Virus record (IMG/VR): IMGVR_UViG_3300048838_001102
Coordinates: 1-58,038 of that record
Length of the DNA: 58,038 nt
Origin: a virus
Taxonomy: Duplodnaviria > Caudoviricetes
Strand: one strand, 5' to 3'
A model generated the notes under the pieces. The model saw nothing but the letters and a program-made list of their open reading frames with translations, was not told the DNA's origin and did not search any database. Made by a program: the position numbers and the translations under genes. Positions 9,526 through 20,173 of this stretch are shown piece after piece; positions within the stretch are counted from its first letter, which is position 1, and the number at the start of each line of letters is the position of its first letter.

Positions 9526-9964
9526 CTGCACCGCCATCTGTCGAAACAAGCCAGACCATGAAGCATTTCCACAGAGAGTCGTCATAGTCATAAACGATCC
9601 GCAGTTCGCCACCAGCGGGAATATCGATCTCATTATCCGCGCCGATCTGACTGCCATTCAAGTATGGGTTAGCGCCAGCAGGAAAGTCAACTTCGATTAT
9701 CTGCCCCTCGACTTCACGGATTCTAAAATCCCGCGAGCCGGAAGGAGTTGAAAGATTGATCTCGACTTTACCAGTAGCCCCACGGTTAGTAACGGTGCCG
9801 CTCATGCTAGTAGTAGAAAGGCTCCCACCCGCCACAGCATACTCAACTTCGATTACCTTATCTCCAGCTGGCTTAATGCCGCTACGGCCAGTAGGCACCC
9901 AGGGCCAGCCATCGGCCAGAGCAAGGGAAGGCAGAAGAATGAACAAAAAGATTAGCTTTTTCAT
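9518..9964 (-). CDS. Signal-peptide tail/head-fibre-like beta protein
   Basis: Start reassigned to MKKLIFLFILLPSLALA (GAGGA RBS); TNRGATG..INL motif. Confidence 0.65.
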   Translation of the reverse strand: MKKLIFLFILLPSLALADGWPWVPTGRSGIKPAGDKVIEVEYAVAGGSLSTTSMSGTVTNRGATGKVEINLSTPSGSRDFRIREVEGQIIEVDFPAGANPYLNGSQIGADNEIDIPAGGELRIVYDYDDSLWKCFMVWLVSTDGGADD

Positions 9965-9965
9965 C

Positions 9966-10376
9966 TTATTTCCTCTTGAAAATGAGGCCGATGGTAACGA
10001 TATTAGAGTTGCCGATATTGGCAGCGGCGCTTCCATCAGCGGCGGTCAAAGATAGCGTCAGGGTATCGATGACGCTCGGGGTTTTACCGTTGTATTCGTA
10101 GCCCCCCTGGCGTTCCTCGGAATCCAGTGCCCGTTCCCCGCCAAGGAAAACGGTCCCGCCGGTTGCGCTTACAAGCTTTACCCGGTAGGTAGTGGTTGGG
10201 GCGGTGGCGCCGCTCGAAGGCGTGGTGATAACTTCTTCAAGGGCAAAATCAGAAAGGCCGGGCACCGATTCATTCGGCACGCTGCCGTCCGAGGCGTCGG
10301 AAGTGTAGACAACTTGCACCAGGCGCTCGGACTTGCCGCCTTTCCAACTACGGGTTTGTTCTGCGGTTCCTGCCAT
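9966..10376 (-). CDS. Virion structural protein, unknown function
   Basis: 136 aa, GAGGAG RBS, in tail module. Confidence 0.7.
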   Translation of the reverse strand: MAGTAEQTRSWKGGKSERLVQVVYTSDASDGSVPNESVPGLSDFALEEVITTPSSGATAPTTTYRVKLVSATGGTVFLGGERALDSEERQGGYEYNGKTPSVIDTLTLSLTAADGSAAANIGNSNIVTIGLIFKRK

Positions 10377-13300
10377 TTTTGTCTCCTCTGGCCTTTTTTA
10401 GTAGGGTTTCTTGCGAGATAATGCCATCGCGACGCAGATTTTGCAACAACTTCTTGTATTGCTCCGCGCCGAGCTCCATCTCATACTGTGACAACAACGC
10501 CGCCTTTTCCTCGTTGGTGACGGCGTATTCCAAAAGAACAATTCTCTGGTCGTCCCGGCCCTTGTTTTTTATCCGGTTGTACCGCTTTTCAAAAGCATTG
10601 ACATCCTGATCAGGGGGCAGTAGGTCTTCTTGTTTAAGTGCCTTATATAATTCCACTTTGGCTGTACGGGGGACATCGTAACCCATCAAATTGATGTGAC
10701 CCTTTATCCGTCCTTCGGATTCAACCGCTTTTCGAGCATACTCTTTGCGGATCGGCTCTATTATCCTGCGATACCGCTCTGCGTGACCACGGTTGGTAAC
10801 AGTGGCTATGGCCGAAAGCCAGTTTAACACCGGAAATTGCAGCGCTTCTTTAAGGGGTGCCAGCTCCGGGTCAAGCTCCCCCTGCTTGGCATTGTAAAAC
10901 ATCCGCATGCCCAGGTTGTTCCAGACGTATTTGCCCATCTCTTTGTGCGCGTCAAACCCCCCGGCTTTGTAGATCGAATCCGGTAAGATGTGTGATCCTC
11001 GGAAATCGTCTACCGGATTCATGCCATTTACATAGTATTCCAGCAGGTCCGCTCCGACCGATATAGCCGGGTGCCAGCGGTACGGGACAAGCTGGGATGC
11101 TTCGTTGATCGCCCCCTTGGTTCCGCCGAACTCGCCTCGGGCGATCTTGTTAACCAGCGCGCCGGCAAGCTGGCCCTCGTAGTCTTCGGGGATCAAGAAC
11201 GCAAACGAATCCATCGCGCCAAGGCCTGGAACAAGCCGCCGCGGAATCGGGATGACCGTGTAATGGTCCTTCTGGTAATCGGTTAAGCCATTGACAACTT
11301 CTTTTACCCAGGGGATCTGCGCGGAAGCGGCGGCCAATACAAGTTTCGGCAAGATGTTATACAAGACCGTCTTCCACACGTAAGCGGCGCGATCCTCATT
11401 AAAAGATTCTACCGCGCTGCGCAAACCTTCCTTGTTCACGTTTGAAAACATGAACAAATTGTTGGTGATGATCTGGCCTGTGCCTTGCCGCTTGAAATCC
11501 GGCGTGCCGATTCTGCTTCGTACTACGTGAAATATTTCTTGATCGGTTCTTGGCCCCCCGGTTTTCGGGTTGATAAACCCTTTATCACGCTGAGACTTTA
11601 AAAACTTGTAGCCGGCGACCTTGCCGCCCAGCTCCGACACCCGGCCAAAACGGTCCAGCACGTCAAGAATTTGGCGGGCTTTTTTAAACCGTTGCTGGGA
11701 AATCTTGCTTAACTCCGGGTTGAACTGGACGTTAAACTCGTCGGCAATGCGTGCCGTCTCATCCTCATAACCCATCTCCTTTGTGCCGTACACCCGATCA
11801 GTGGTAATGGCTTTGCCGCGTAAAAGTTCATCGATGTCATCACTGGCATTGTTTTTCCAAACATATTCCCATACCTCGCCATAGGCTTGCTTGTACAATT
11901 TGGCAAGTTCCGGCAGACTCTTTACTCTTGCTTCCGGAATGTTTTTGATCGTGGTACGAAAATCACGAAAGATATTTCTAATCATCCACACCGGGTTGTT
12001 GGATACCAAAAGCCTGCGCAGCGGCGCGTTAAGAGCGTTTATCACCTCGGTTGCTTTTTGTGATTCATACGCCGAATACTCAAAAGACTTGGCGATATCC
12101 CGGTGAACGTCATAAGTGAAAGGCTCGCCGTCGCGCATGATGGAAAGATGCGCCCGGGACGGGTCTTCCAGACGGACGGGAGCCATACGACCGAGCCCTT
12201 TATCGTATTTCATCTCCGCTGGTTTTACCTGGCCTGCGTCGATCAAAAAATCCAGCAGGTCGGTCTTTGCCTTGTTTAAATGCGCCGACCGCAACAAACT
12301 GATATCCTGCATGAGCGTTGCGGTGAACGCATTTATCGAATCAGAAAAAGTTCCTTTCTGTGCTTTTAACGCGCCGCCGACCGGCGTGTAGATTTGCGCG
12401 GTGATATCTTTGCCGTGCTTTTCCTCAAGCCAGTGCTGCACACTGATACGCGCGTATTCCTTGCGGGCCTTGATTGCCTGCAAAAGCTCCGGGGCCGCGA
12501 TGCCGGATTGTTCTATGCGCGGAATGATATACTTTTCACGGATCTTGCGGTACTTTTCCGCCGCGTCCTTAACTGCCTGGTATTTTTCAGGCCCGAGTTT
12601 TTGCTCAAGCGCTTCGAGCATAGGCTCAACGGTGGTTGAGGTATGCCCGCCGGGAGATACCAGGTCTTTCCGGTTGGCCTGCACATGCCGGCCGAACAGA
12701 TAAACACCCAGATCCGTTATAGCCGCACCCTTTTCCATCATCGGATCGATCACGTTTTTAACGGTGTCGGTCACGTATGCCGACATTTCCGAAGCGATGT
12801 ATTGGGCTTCCTCCAACCCATAACGGGCTTTCCTGGCTTTAGCGATAAGCTCCGGGTCGCCGGATTTTTCGGCGGCACGGATCTGCTTTAAAACTCCGTG
12901 ATTTCTATCCGTCAAAATAATGAAAAGGGTATCAGCCAAACTGCGTTTTTCCATCCTGTTGCGAATGTAAAAATCCGCGATGACCTTTTCCCCGCGCTCG
13001 TACATTTCATAGAGCTTGCCCAACCGACGCGGGCCGATCTGGCTACCGGATATGTCCTTACGAATGCCTTCAAGCGTTTCGGTAAAATCCGGGCGGACCG
13101 AGGCATACATTTTCATGGCTTTATCGAATGTAGGCGCAACGGACTTTAGCAGCTCGGGCTCTTGCAGCATGACCGACACCGCATCGGCATACAACTCACT
13201 GGACTTGTGCCGGTAGGCGGTGTACTTTTTACTTATGTTCAGGTCAAACGGTTTCCACTGCTGGGTAAGCTCCTTGAGTTCACCCATGACTACCGTGCGC

Positions 13301-16300
13301 TCATAGAGCTTGCGCTTGATAATCTCCTTGCGCAACAGCTCCTTGAACCGCTCGTTGATTTCCTTTTGAGTGGGCATCTTGCCGGCTTGTCGGCGGGTGA
13401 CAGTTTCTTTGACGTAGTCCACACCGACCTGTGTTCTGCCGGTTTGCGGTACCCGCTCATCAACGATATCCTGCAACGCTTTTTTAACGACTTCCTTTTT
13501 CGTTTGCGAATCCGCGGTTTGCAAAAAGCGGTAAACTTCAATATTTGATTCGCCGGGCATCCTGCCCCGCATTATCTCGAGAATCGTTTCAGCCGTAACG
13601 CCGGTTTCCGCAAAGCGGGGAACCTCACGAATGATTTCTTCAACAATGATTTTACCCGTGGTTTCGTCAAGCTTTTGCTTTGCCGCTTCTTTTTGCAACC
13701 GGCCGATATCGGCGGCGGTCAACGCTTCGTCGGGCGAGCCGGGGTACTCGGCCAGGTACTCGTTGATATAGCCCTTGAGCTTTGCGATACGGCCAAGAAT
13801 ATTCCCCCTGCCCTGGACCATAGGCGTATCGCCCGCGGCCGCCCACCAATCGTCCAGGTGGCCCAATTCGTGGCTCAAGACCTTTGCCGCCACATCCGGA
13901 TCTTTCCGGATGGCGCTCAAATGTGTCTCCCCGGAAGCGCGGTGGTACTGGCTCTTGAACACCATGTCAGCCGGATCGACATTGTACCGGGAAAGCACCG
14001 AGTCCTTAAAGTCCTGCATCTGCTGATTGAGCGACGCCTTACGCTCAACGGGGGTTTTTCCCTTAAGCCGAATGACGGCGCGCTCGATAGGCTGGCCGAT
14101 CACCAGATCCGGATCGATCATGACATCGGCAATGCCGGCAAGATCGTTGTGCTGGAAAAGCCCGAGCGCATCGCGCATCCGCTGGAACAGCTTGGGCGCC
14201 TTGCCGGAGTTGAGCACCTTGATCATTTCAGTAAGCTCGGGCAACTCAATGGCGTTTTTGGATTTGGGCCGGCGCGCGTAGGGCTCCCTCGGCGGCATCC
14301 CGCCAGGGTTGTCAGCATCAAGGTTAAACAGCGTCATGCTCGCTTTACCCTGGTACATCCCAGTCCCGGCGCGGCGCTTACCCGCGTACCCGCCGGCGGC
14401 GATATCCCCGAAGATCTTCTCCGCGGAGGTAAACCCGCTGCCACGCAGGAAGTTTCCCATCCGCCGCAAAAGCTCTTTAAGCTGCATGAAAATCTTTTTA
14501 ATACCTTCGGGTGGCTGACTCTTGCCGTTCATAAAACGGGCAAAGCCGTCGGCGGCCGCTTCGGTATTGCCGCCGTATGCCTTTAAAACCGTGGTGTATT
14601 GATCGGGTGGAAGTACCCACTCGGCGGCGATGTGGAATGTCTCATGGTCAAACGTCCATTGCTGGCGCTTGGCATCCTGCGCCAGAGATATTTCCATAAG
14701 CGCGCGCTGACCGCGAAAGGTCGTGGCCCCGAGAACGGTATTGGGCTTAACCCCTCTTGCTTTCCAGTTGGCCAGCGACTCATCGGTATTGGCCCCCCCA
14801 AGATCGATCATCTGTTTCAATTCAACGGATATCCGGTCGGCCAGATCTTTTCCGAACACCGTGCGCAGGATCGGAATCTCGGCGCCATAAATCTTCTGGA
14901 CCGCCTGGCGCTGCTCGCTGGTGAGCTGCGGCGGCTGATCTGTTTCAACAGTATCAGCCGGAACGTCCTCGGCGCTCAGTTGCGTTTTGCCGTCACCGTC
15001 CCAATACATCGGCCGGCCCGCCTCAAGCTGGGACGGGTGCTCACCGCGGGAAGCTTCGATAGCTTCCCGATACAACTGGCTTTTGAAAGCTTCCTGGGAA
15101 ACCGCGTTCCAATCCCTGCTTTCAACCGGAACCGCGTTCAGCTCGGCAAGCCGGGCCTTGGTCTGCTCGCGCAACCGCTCAAGCTCGGACACCTGCTGAT
15201 CGGTAGCCGCTTCACCAAAGCTGATTGCGTCCTCGGTGGTGGCAAGATCCGGAACCGCCGGGGTTGTGGCGTCGGCTTCCGCGGCTTCGAATGCCGACCG
15301 CACCGGGTCAAACTGTTGCCCCGGCCCGGAGGCGGCCGGCTCTCCGGGCTGTTCGCTGGTGCGCTGGTCTTCGGGAAGCGTCGGGGGCTGTTGTGGCTCA
15401 TCCGTGAGACGTTCTTCGCTTTGTGGCTCATTTTCCACGATTTGTGAGCCAATAGGTTCCGTCTGCTCCTGGGCGGCGGCCTCAAACGCCTGACGCACTT
15501 TTTGCATATTGTCGGCATTGCGCAGCGCCTCGTCATAAAGCCCGATCTTGTTATCCAGGTCCGCAACAGCGATTTCATCTTGGCGCGGATCTTCCAAAGC
15601 GGTCAGCCGGTCCCGCTGTTTAATCGCATCAGCCCGAGCCGCTTTAAGATCCCCGGTCATGTCCTTATCGGCAACGATGCCAAACGCTTTGGCCTGGGCC
15701 AGGGTTTCAATCTCGTCGGCCTGAATGGGCTGCGGGCCGGCCTTGATCTTGCCCATCGCGGCTCCGCCCCCGCCGATGAGCATGCTTACAGGGGCAACCA
15801 CGGCCCCCTCATACACTCCTTCTTTAAGAGCCTGGCCCACACCCTCCGTGAACTCGTCAAGCATCTGGCCGGGGCTCTTGCCCGCCCCACGCGCCCACAC
15901 CGACGACATCAGCTCGGGAACTTTCTGAATCATTTCAATGAACCATTCCAGCGCGCCTGTTTTAGACATTTCGGCAATAACGCTCTTGGCAGCCGCGCCT
16001 GGTTTCCAGGTGGCAAGCGCGCGGCTCAGGGGAATCTGCTCCAGAAACGATTGGCCGGCGGCGTTAAATATCGCCGCCTTCCACCGGCGCTCGGGGTCTT
16101 TGACCGCCGGTATTAACCGACCCTTTTCATCGACCCGCGCCTGTGACAGCTTCCGCTCGGTGGCGCCGGCGATCATCGACCCGGTGGCGGCCATGCCGGC
16201 GGCCGGGCCGCCTACATAAGTCGCACCGACTGACGCTCCTACCTGGGGTAGCGCGCGCACCATGTCCTGCACGTACCCCTTAAACCCTTCCGGCCGGGGG

Positions 16301-17079
16301 AGCGGGTCTTGCGCGATTTCCACTTCGAGCCGCTTCTGGAATTTACCCAACGGGGAATCATCCCATACTTTGGCTTTTTCCTTGACAACCAGCGGGTCAT
16401 CGGCGCCAAGGCGTTCTTCCAGCGCGCGGACCTCTTTGGCCTTAAGCGCTTTTAGAAAATTCAGGGTATCCGCAGACGCTTGGCGAATGCCCTGATCAAC
16501 CGCTTTTTTTGGCTCGATCTGAGGCGGGCGCTGCGATAGCTGCGGGCCGCCAGCGTTGACCGGGCGCGGGGATAGCTTGGGCTCCGTATAAACCGGTTTG
16601 TCCTGGGCAAACGATTGATTCGCCGGTTCCTGCGGAACAACGGCCGAGATCGCGTCAGTGATGGTTCGAGTGGGCTCGCCGCGCAGCGCCCGGACATCGA
16701 CGGGCGGGCCGAGCTGCGGGCCGGATTGACCGGCCGCCGCTTCGAAAGCGGACCGGATCGGGTCAACAGGCTGACCGGTCTTGGTGTTCACCCCGTCAAG
16801 GACCATCCGGGGATGACCTTCTTTTTTAAACTGTGAAGGCCAGTGATACTGCTTATCGGCAGGATCGATGGACGGCTCCACCCCGGCGGAGAAAGCGGCC
16901 CGATAGTCATAATAGTGTTCCGGGTTGTCCGGATCTGGATCGATGCCGGCTTTTTTTGCCCAAGCGGCATACCAGGATTGAAACTTCTGTTCATCGAAAC
17001 TATTCGACCCGACCGACTCAAACGCGGATCGGATCGGGTCGTCAGAACCGACAGACTCAAAAATTGAACGGATATCCAT
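10348..17079 (-). CDS. Large internal virion/DNA-ejection polyvalent protein with two HExxH motifs and LPD38-like C-terminus
   Basis: 2243 aa after smaller ejection genes; HETFH and HELGH; NPVWMIRNIFRD..DFKRQG..LFMFSN C-terminal pattern. Confidence 0.75.
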   Translation of the reverse strand: MDIRSIFESVGSDDPIRSAFESVGSNSFDEQKFQSWYAAWAKKAGIDPDPDNPEHYYDYRAAFSAGVEPSIDPADKQYHWPSQFKKEGHPRMVLDGVNTKTGQPVDPIRSAFEAAAGQSGPQLGPPVDVRALRGEPTRTITDAISAVVPQEPANQSFAQDKPVYTEPKLSPRPVNAGGPQLSQRPPQIEPKKAVDQGIRQASADTLNFLKALKAKEVRALEERLGADDPLVVKEKAKVWDDSPLGKFQKRLEVEIAQDPLPRPEGFKGYVQDMVRALPQVGASVGATYVGGPAAGMAATGSMIAGATERKLSQARVDEKGRLIPAVKDPERRWKAAIFNAAGQSFLEQIPLSRALATWKPGAAAKSVIAEMSKTGALEWFIEMIQKVPELMSSVWARGAGKSPGQMLDEFTEGVGQALKEGVYEGAVVAPVSMLIGGGGAAMGKIKAGPQPIQADEIETLAQAKAFGIVADKDMTGDLKAARADAIKQRDRLTALEDPRQDEIAVADLDNKIGLYDEALRNADNMQKVRQAFEAAAQEQTEPIGSQIVENEPQSEERLTDEPQQPPTLPEDQRTSEQPGEPAASGPGQQFDPVRSAFEAAEADATTPAVPDLATTEDAISFGEAATDQQVSELERLREQTKARLAELNAVPVESRDWNAVSQEAFKSQLYREAIEASRGEHPSQLEAGRPMYWDGDGKTQLSAEDVPADTVETDQPPQLTSEQRQAVQKIYGAEIPILRTVFGKDLADRISVELKQMIDLGGANTDESLANWKARGVKPNTVLGATTFRGQRALMEISLAQDAKRQQWTFDHETFHIAAEWVLPPDQYTTVLKAYGGNTEAAADGFARFMNGKSQPPEGIKKIFMQLKELLRRMGNFLRGSGFTSAEKIFGDIAAGGYAGKRRAGTGMYQGKASMTLFNLDADNPGGMPPREPYARRPKSKNAIELPELTEMIKVLNSGKAPKLFQRMRDALGLFQHNDLAGIADVMIDPDLVIGQPIERAVIRLKGKTPVERKASLNQQMQDFKDSVLSRYNVDPADMVFKSQYHRASGETHLSAIRKDPDVAAKVLSHELGHLDDWWAAAGDTPMVQGRGNILGRIAKLKGYINEYLAEYPGSPDEALTAADIGRLQKEAAKQKLDETTGKIIVEEIIREVPRFAETGVTAETILEIMRGRMPGESNIEVYRFLQTADSQTKKEVVKKALQDIVDERVPQTGRTQVGVDYVKETVTRRQAGKMPTQKEINERFKELLRKEIIKRKLYERTVVMGELKELTQQWKPFDLNISKKYTAYRHKSSELYADAVSVMLQEPELLKSVAPTFDKAMKMYASVRPDFTETLEGIRKDISGSQIGPRRLGKLYEMYERGEKVIADFYIRNRMEKRSLADTLFIILTDRNHGVLKQIRAAEKSGDPELIAKARKARYGLEEAQYIASEMSAYVTDTVKNVIDPMMEKGAAITDLGVYLFGRHVQANRKDLVSPGGHTSTTVEPMLEALEQKLGPEKYQAVKDAAEKYRKIREKYIIPRIEQSGIAAPELLQAIKARKEYARISVQHWLEEKHGKDITAQIYTPVGGALKAQKGTFSDSINAFTATLMQDISLLRSAHLNKAKTDLLDFLIDAGQVKPAEMKYDKGLGRMAPVRLEDPSRAHLSIMRDGEPFTYDVHRDIAKSFEYSAYESQKATEVINALNAPLRRLLVSNNPVWMIRNIFRDFRTTIKNIPEARVKSLPELAKLYKQAYGEVWEYVWKNNASDDIDELLRGKAITTDRVYGTKEMGYEDETARIADEFNVQFNPELSKISQQRFKKARQILDVLDRFGRVSELGGKVAGYKFLKSQRDKGFINPKTGGPRTDQEIFHVVRSRIGTPDFKRQGTGQIITNNLFMFSNVNKEGLRSAVESFNEDRAAYVWKTVLYNILPKLVLAAASAQIPWVKEVVNGLTDYQKDHYTVIPIPRRLVPGLGAMDSFAFLIPEDYEGQLAGALVNKIARGEFGGTKGAINEASQLVPYRWHPAISVGADLLEYYVNGMNPVDDFRGSHILPDSIYKAGGFDAHKEMGKYVWNNLGMRMFYNAKQGELDPELAPLKEALQFPVLNWLSAIATVTNRGHAERYRRIIEPIRKEYARKAVESEGRIKGHINLMGYDVPRTAKVELYKALKQEDLLPPDQDVNAFEKRYNRIKNKGRDDQRIVLLEYAVTNEEKAALLSQYEMELGAEQYKKLLQNLRRDGIISQETLLKKARGDKNGRNRRTNP

Positions 17080-18317
17080 TATCGTGCTTCCGTCTGGTAT
17101 AGCCTCGTAGCATTATCGATTTGTTCCGGGGTGGGTTTACCTTTGCCATTCCACCCGGCCCGACGCAAAAATTTTTTTGCCTGTTCCGGAGTGGGTGGTG
17201 GAACCTCTTTCGGCGGCGGGGCTTCCTTTTGCTGGTCCGTCGGCATTTTTGACCCTTTGGTGCCAAACGGCATGGTGTCTACGTCCGGAAGATTCATGCG
17301 GCTCGGGCTACCCGGCAACCCGCCGAGCTGACGCTGGGTATTTACCCACGCATCAAAAGACGGTTTGCCCCCCACCTTTTCCGCCTGGCGTTTTCGCACT
17401 TTTTCATACAGCACCGGGTCTTCGACTTCCATCCGGGCAAGCTCGGAAGCCGATACCAGGCCGAACTCATTATTGTACATCTGCCGCAATTCGGCGCGAG
17501 ATACCAGCTCATTACCAATTTTAACCGTGTTCACCCGTTCCGGACCGGGTTTGTCCCACTCTCCCCCGGAAGATTCCACCTGCCGCGCAAACTCCCGCTC
17601 GGACCCTTTAGGCACCCAATCGACCTGCTTTTTCCCGTCCATATACCATTCGACTTTAACCATCCGGCCGTCACCACCACCGCCTCCGCCGCGGGGGGCA
17701 ATGTGATTGAGCTTACGCAAGTGCGCTTCGATAGCCTCGGCCCGAGCCGTATTGCCCTCGCCCCGAGCCTTTTCCAGTTGGTTCAACAACCGCACATATT
17801 CCGGGTCGGCCGCCGGCTTGGGCGCGTCAAACTTATACCCGGAATTGGCAAGCTGCGCCGCCGTGGCGTTAACCTGGCTTTCCCGCACCAAAAGCGGGGG
17901 CTGTTTTTCCCCGGCTTTATTGTAATAGCTGATCTCAAAATTTTTTTCTTCTTTCATCGTAGGCTCAAAAGAGTGCTTGGCTTCCAGCATCTTCATGCCG
18001 TAGGCTTTGGCCGCCGGTGAAAGCGTCGGGTTCTGAATGATCTGCTGGGCGATCGCCGTGTACGGGTTGCTCTCCATACCCTCTGGCTGCGCGGGTAAAT
18101 TCATGGCGGCGCCGGACGGCAACGTGCCTGTCTCCTGGGCTTCCTGATTCGCCCCGGCCTGGCCGAGCAGCGCCGCGATAGCCGCTTGCTCTTGCTCTGC
18201 TTTTTGCTTTTGCTGCCGCGCCATAAGGCTTTCCACCAACCCAGCGAGTGCCTGCTGCGTGGTTCCGGCGGGTCCGCCGAAAACGTCTTTAGTATAACCG
18301 GGTACGTACAATACCAT
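17079..18317 (-). CDS. Internal virion/ejection protein
   Basis: 412 aa, Gln/Ala/Gly-rich helical; position in podovirus ejection cluster. Confidence 0.65.
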   Translation of the reverse strand: MVLYVPGYTKDVFGGPAGTTQQALAGLVESLMARQQKQKAEQEQAAIAALLGQAGANQEAQETGTLPSGAAMNLPAQPEGMESNPYTAIAQQIIQNPTLSPAAKAYGMKMLEAKHSFEPTMKEEKNFEISYYNKAGEKQPPLLVRESQVNATAAQLANSGYKFDAPKPAADPEYVRLLNQLEKARGEGNTARAEAIEAHLRKLNHIAPRGGGGGGDGRMVKVEWYMDGKKQVDWVPKGSEREFARQVESSGGEWDKPGPERVNTVKIGNELVSRAELRQMYNNEFGLVSASELARMEVEDPVLYEKVRKRQAEKVGGKPSFDAWVNTQRQLGGLPGSPSRMNLPDVDTMPFGTKGSKMPTDQQKEAPPPKEVPPPTPEQAKKFLRRAGWNGKGKPTPEQIDNATRLYQTEAR

Positions 18318-18334
18318 TTTTCACCGTCCCTTCC

Positions 18335-19276
18335 TTATAAAAACAGCCCAAGCAAATCCGCGATGCCCCCCGCGCTACCAAGGAGCCCTTCTTGCTGTAC
18401 CGCCCCCTGCACAACAGGAGTGAAACCCTGCGTATTAAGCGCTGTGCCAAGATACTGTAGCCAGGGGTTGTTGGTCGGTTGCTGTGAAAGCCACTTCTGA
18501 TAATCAGCTTGCGTTTTACCTTGTCCAATCCCGTACTCCTGCGCGCCGACCTGCGTGCCAAGACCCAACAAAGTAGCCAACTGCTGAAAACCGCCGGTGT
18601 CCGCCGCGATCCCAAGCCGACCGCCAGAAGACAACCCTTCCAGATTCAGTGCATTTGTCGCCAGCTTATTCGAAGCGTTGGACTGCTGGGCGGTAAAATC
18701 GCGGGTATCAAACGCCTGCTTTTCGCCGTACATCGCGTTGGCGAGCTGGGAGTTCAGGTTCGACATCACGTCCTCGGCGGAGTTGGCTATGGCCCGGTTT
18801 GCAGCGCCGCTCGATCCGGCATTCTGGGAAATAAATTTTTCCTGCACCTGTGGCACAATGTCTTTTTCCCAGGTCTGCATGGCCGGGTTTACCAAGGCGT
18901 CAGTGTACCATTGCTGCACCGCGGCCGGGTCATAGGTTCCCGCGGAAATCTTTGGCGCGGTAAACCCTTCGGACATCTTTTGCGCGTTGGTTTGTGCCAG
19001 GGGGTTCGGCTCCCCCGTCGTGCCTTTCAGCAAATCCTCAACTGTCTTAAACAGTTGAGACTGAATGCCTGATGCCGGCGTGGACCAGGAGCCCCCATAC
19101 GTCTTACCTGGAGCGCCGAGCTGCTGATTAACAATCGAACTTAGACTGTTTAAAAGCTCTTTTTGCTGCGGCGTAAGCGTATCTACGTTTTTTACTTCTG
19201 GGCCTTTGGTGCTACCAAAAAGTGTATCCGTAATGCCACCAACCGCATCACCGATAAAATCAAAAAATCCCATCAC
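18335..19276 (-). CDS. Internal virion/DNA-ejection (pilot-type) protein
   Basis: GFFDFIGDAVGG N-terminus, Gln/Ala/Gly-rich body, hydrophobic C-terminus. Confidence 0.7.
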   Translation of the reverse strand: MMGFFDFIGDAVGGITDTLFGSTKGPEVKNVDTLTPQQKELLNSLSSIVNQQLGAPGKTYGGSWSTPASGIQSQLFKTVEDLLKGTTGEPNPLAQTNAQKMSEGFTAPKISAGTYDPAAVQQWYTDALVNPAMQTWEKDIVPQVQEKFISQNAGSSGAANRAIANSAEDVMSNLNSQLANAMYGEKQAFDTRDFTAQQSNASNKLATNALNLEGLSSGGRLGIAADTGGFQQLATLLGLGTQVGAQEYGIGQGKTQADYQKWLSQQPTNNPWLQYLGTALNTQGFTPVVQGAVQQEGLLGSAGGIADLLGLFL

Positions 19277-19286
19277 TACACCGCCT

Positions 19287-19733
19287 TTATAGAGTTAATT
19301 CCATATTCGTTTTCAGGGTTGCCTTAAACCCGTATTGCTCGAACGCTTTAGGGGTGGACGTGCTTACCGTTACCCCGGCCGCCTGTACTTCCTTGGCGAT
19401 CTTGCGCGCGATATCGGCCGCTTCCTTGATAATCCCTTTGTTCTGATACTCCGGATCAACCGATAGCAGACGGCAATCCAGTTTTTTTGATACCGTGTCG
19501 GCTACCAGCCACATGAACCCCTTGATCATATGGTCATGGTCCGCAAACACGCCGACAATGTTCATCTTCCAAAAGATGGGCGGCACTGAACACAACACCG
19601 TGTAAAGCCTGTCCGTATCGTCCCATTCTTTATCCTTTACCTGCTCAAGCAGGTATCTCGGGATAAGAGAAAAATCTTCCACCGGCACATATTTTAAACC
19701 AGTTCCTTTTTTCTTCACTGCGCCACCACCCAA
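19287..19733 (-). CDS. GNAT-family acetyltransferase
   Basis: LSVDPEYQNKG motif A and FEQYGF motif B. Confidence 0.8.
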   Translation of the reverse strand: MGGGAVKKKGTGLKYVPVEDFSLIPRYLLEQVKDKEWDDTDRLYTVLCSVPPIFWKMNIVGVFADHDHMIKGFMWLVADTVSKKLDCRLLSVDPEYQNKGIIKEAADIARKIAKEVQAAGVTVSTSTPKAFEQYGFKATLKTNMELTL

Positions 19734-20173
19734 TAGTCAAATTTTACATCGGCCGCCACATTCGACCCGTCACCGGTCGATACGGTAAAAGACGTGCCCG
19801 CGACTCTTGCTGAAACGTATGGGTGTTTTGCCGACCCAAACGCGGCGGTTGCATTCGCGGTAACTGGAAATAAAAACACCCTGCTCGTTGCGGCAATCGT
19901 TGTCGATGCCACCACGATACCGCTTTGCCCACTTAATATGGTAGCATCGCCTTTATCCCCGAGAGCAATCAGCGCGTTGTAATTTGCTTGTGCAATAGCC
20001 GCCACTATGTCATTATACATGCCATCCAGAAAAATAGCCATTGAACGCAAGTAATTCAGCAAAAGCTCCGGCTTTGCGTTACGAACATCACGCAGACTTG
20101 CCGTTATATCTTCCGACCGCCAAGGAATATGAACTGAAGGCGGAAGCAGGCCAGAAGTTGAAAGCGAAATCAT
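19715..20173 (-). CDS. Tail-associated protein
   Basis: 152 aa immediately downstream of the tail tube gene; beta-rich C-terminus. Confidence 0.55.
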   Translation of the reverse strand: MISLSTSGLLPPSVHIPWRSEDITASLRDVRNAKPELLLNYLRSMAIFLDGMYNDIVAAIAQANYNALIALGDKGDATILSGQSGIVVASTTIAATSRVFLFPVTANATAAFGSAKHPYVSARVAGTSFTVSTGDGSNVAADVKFDYWVVAQ

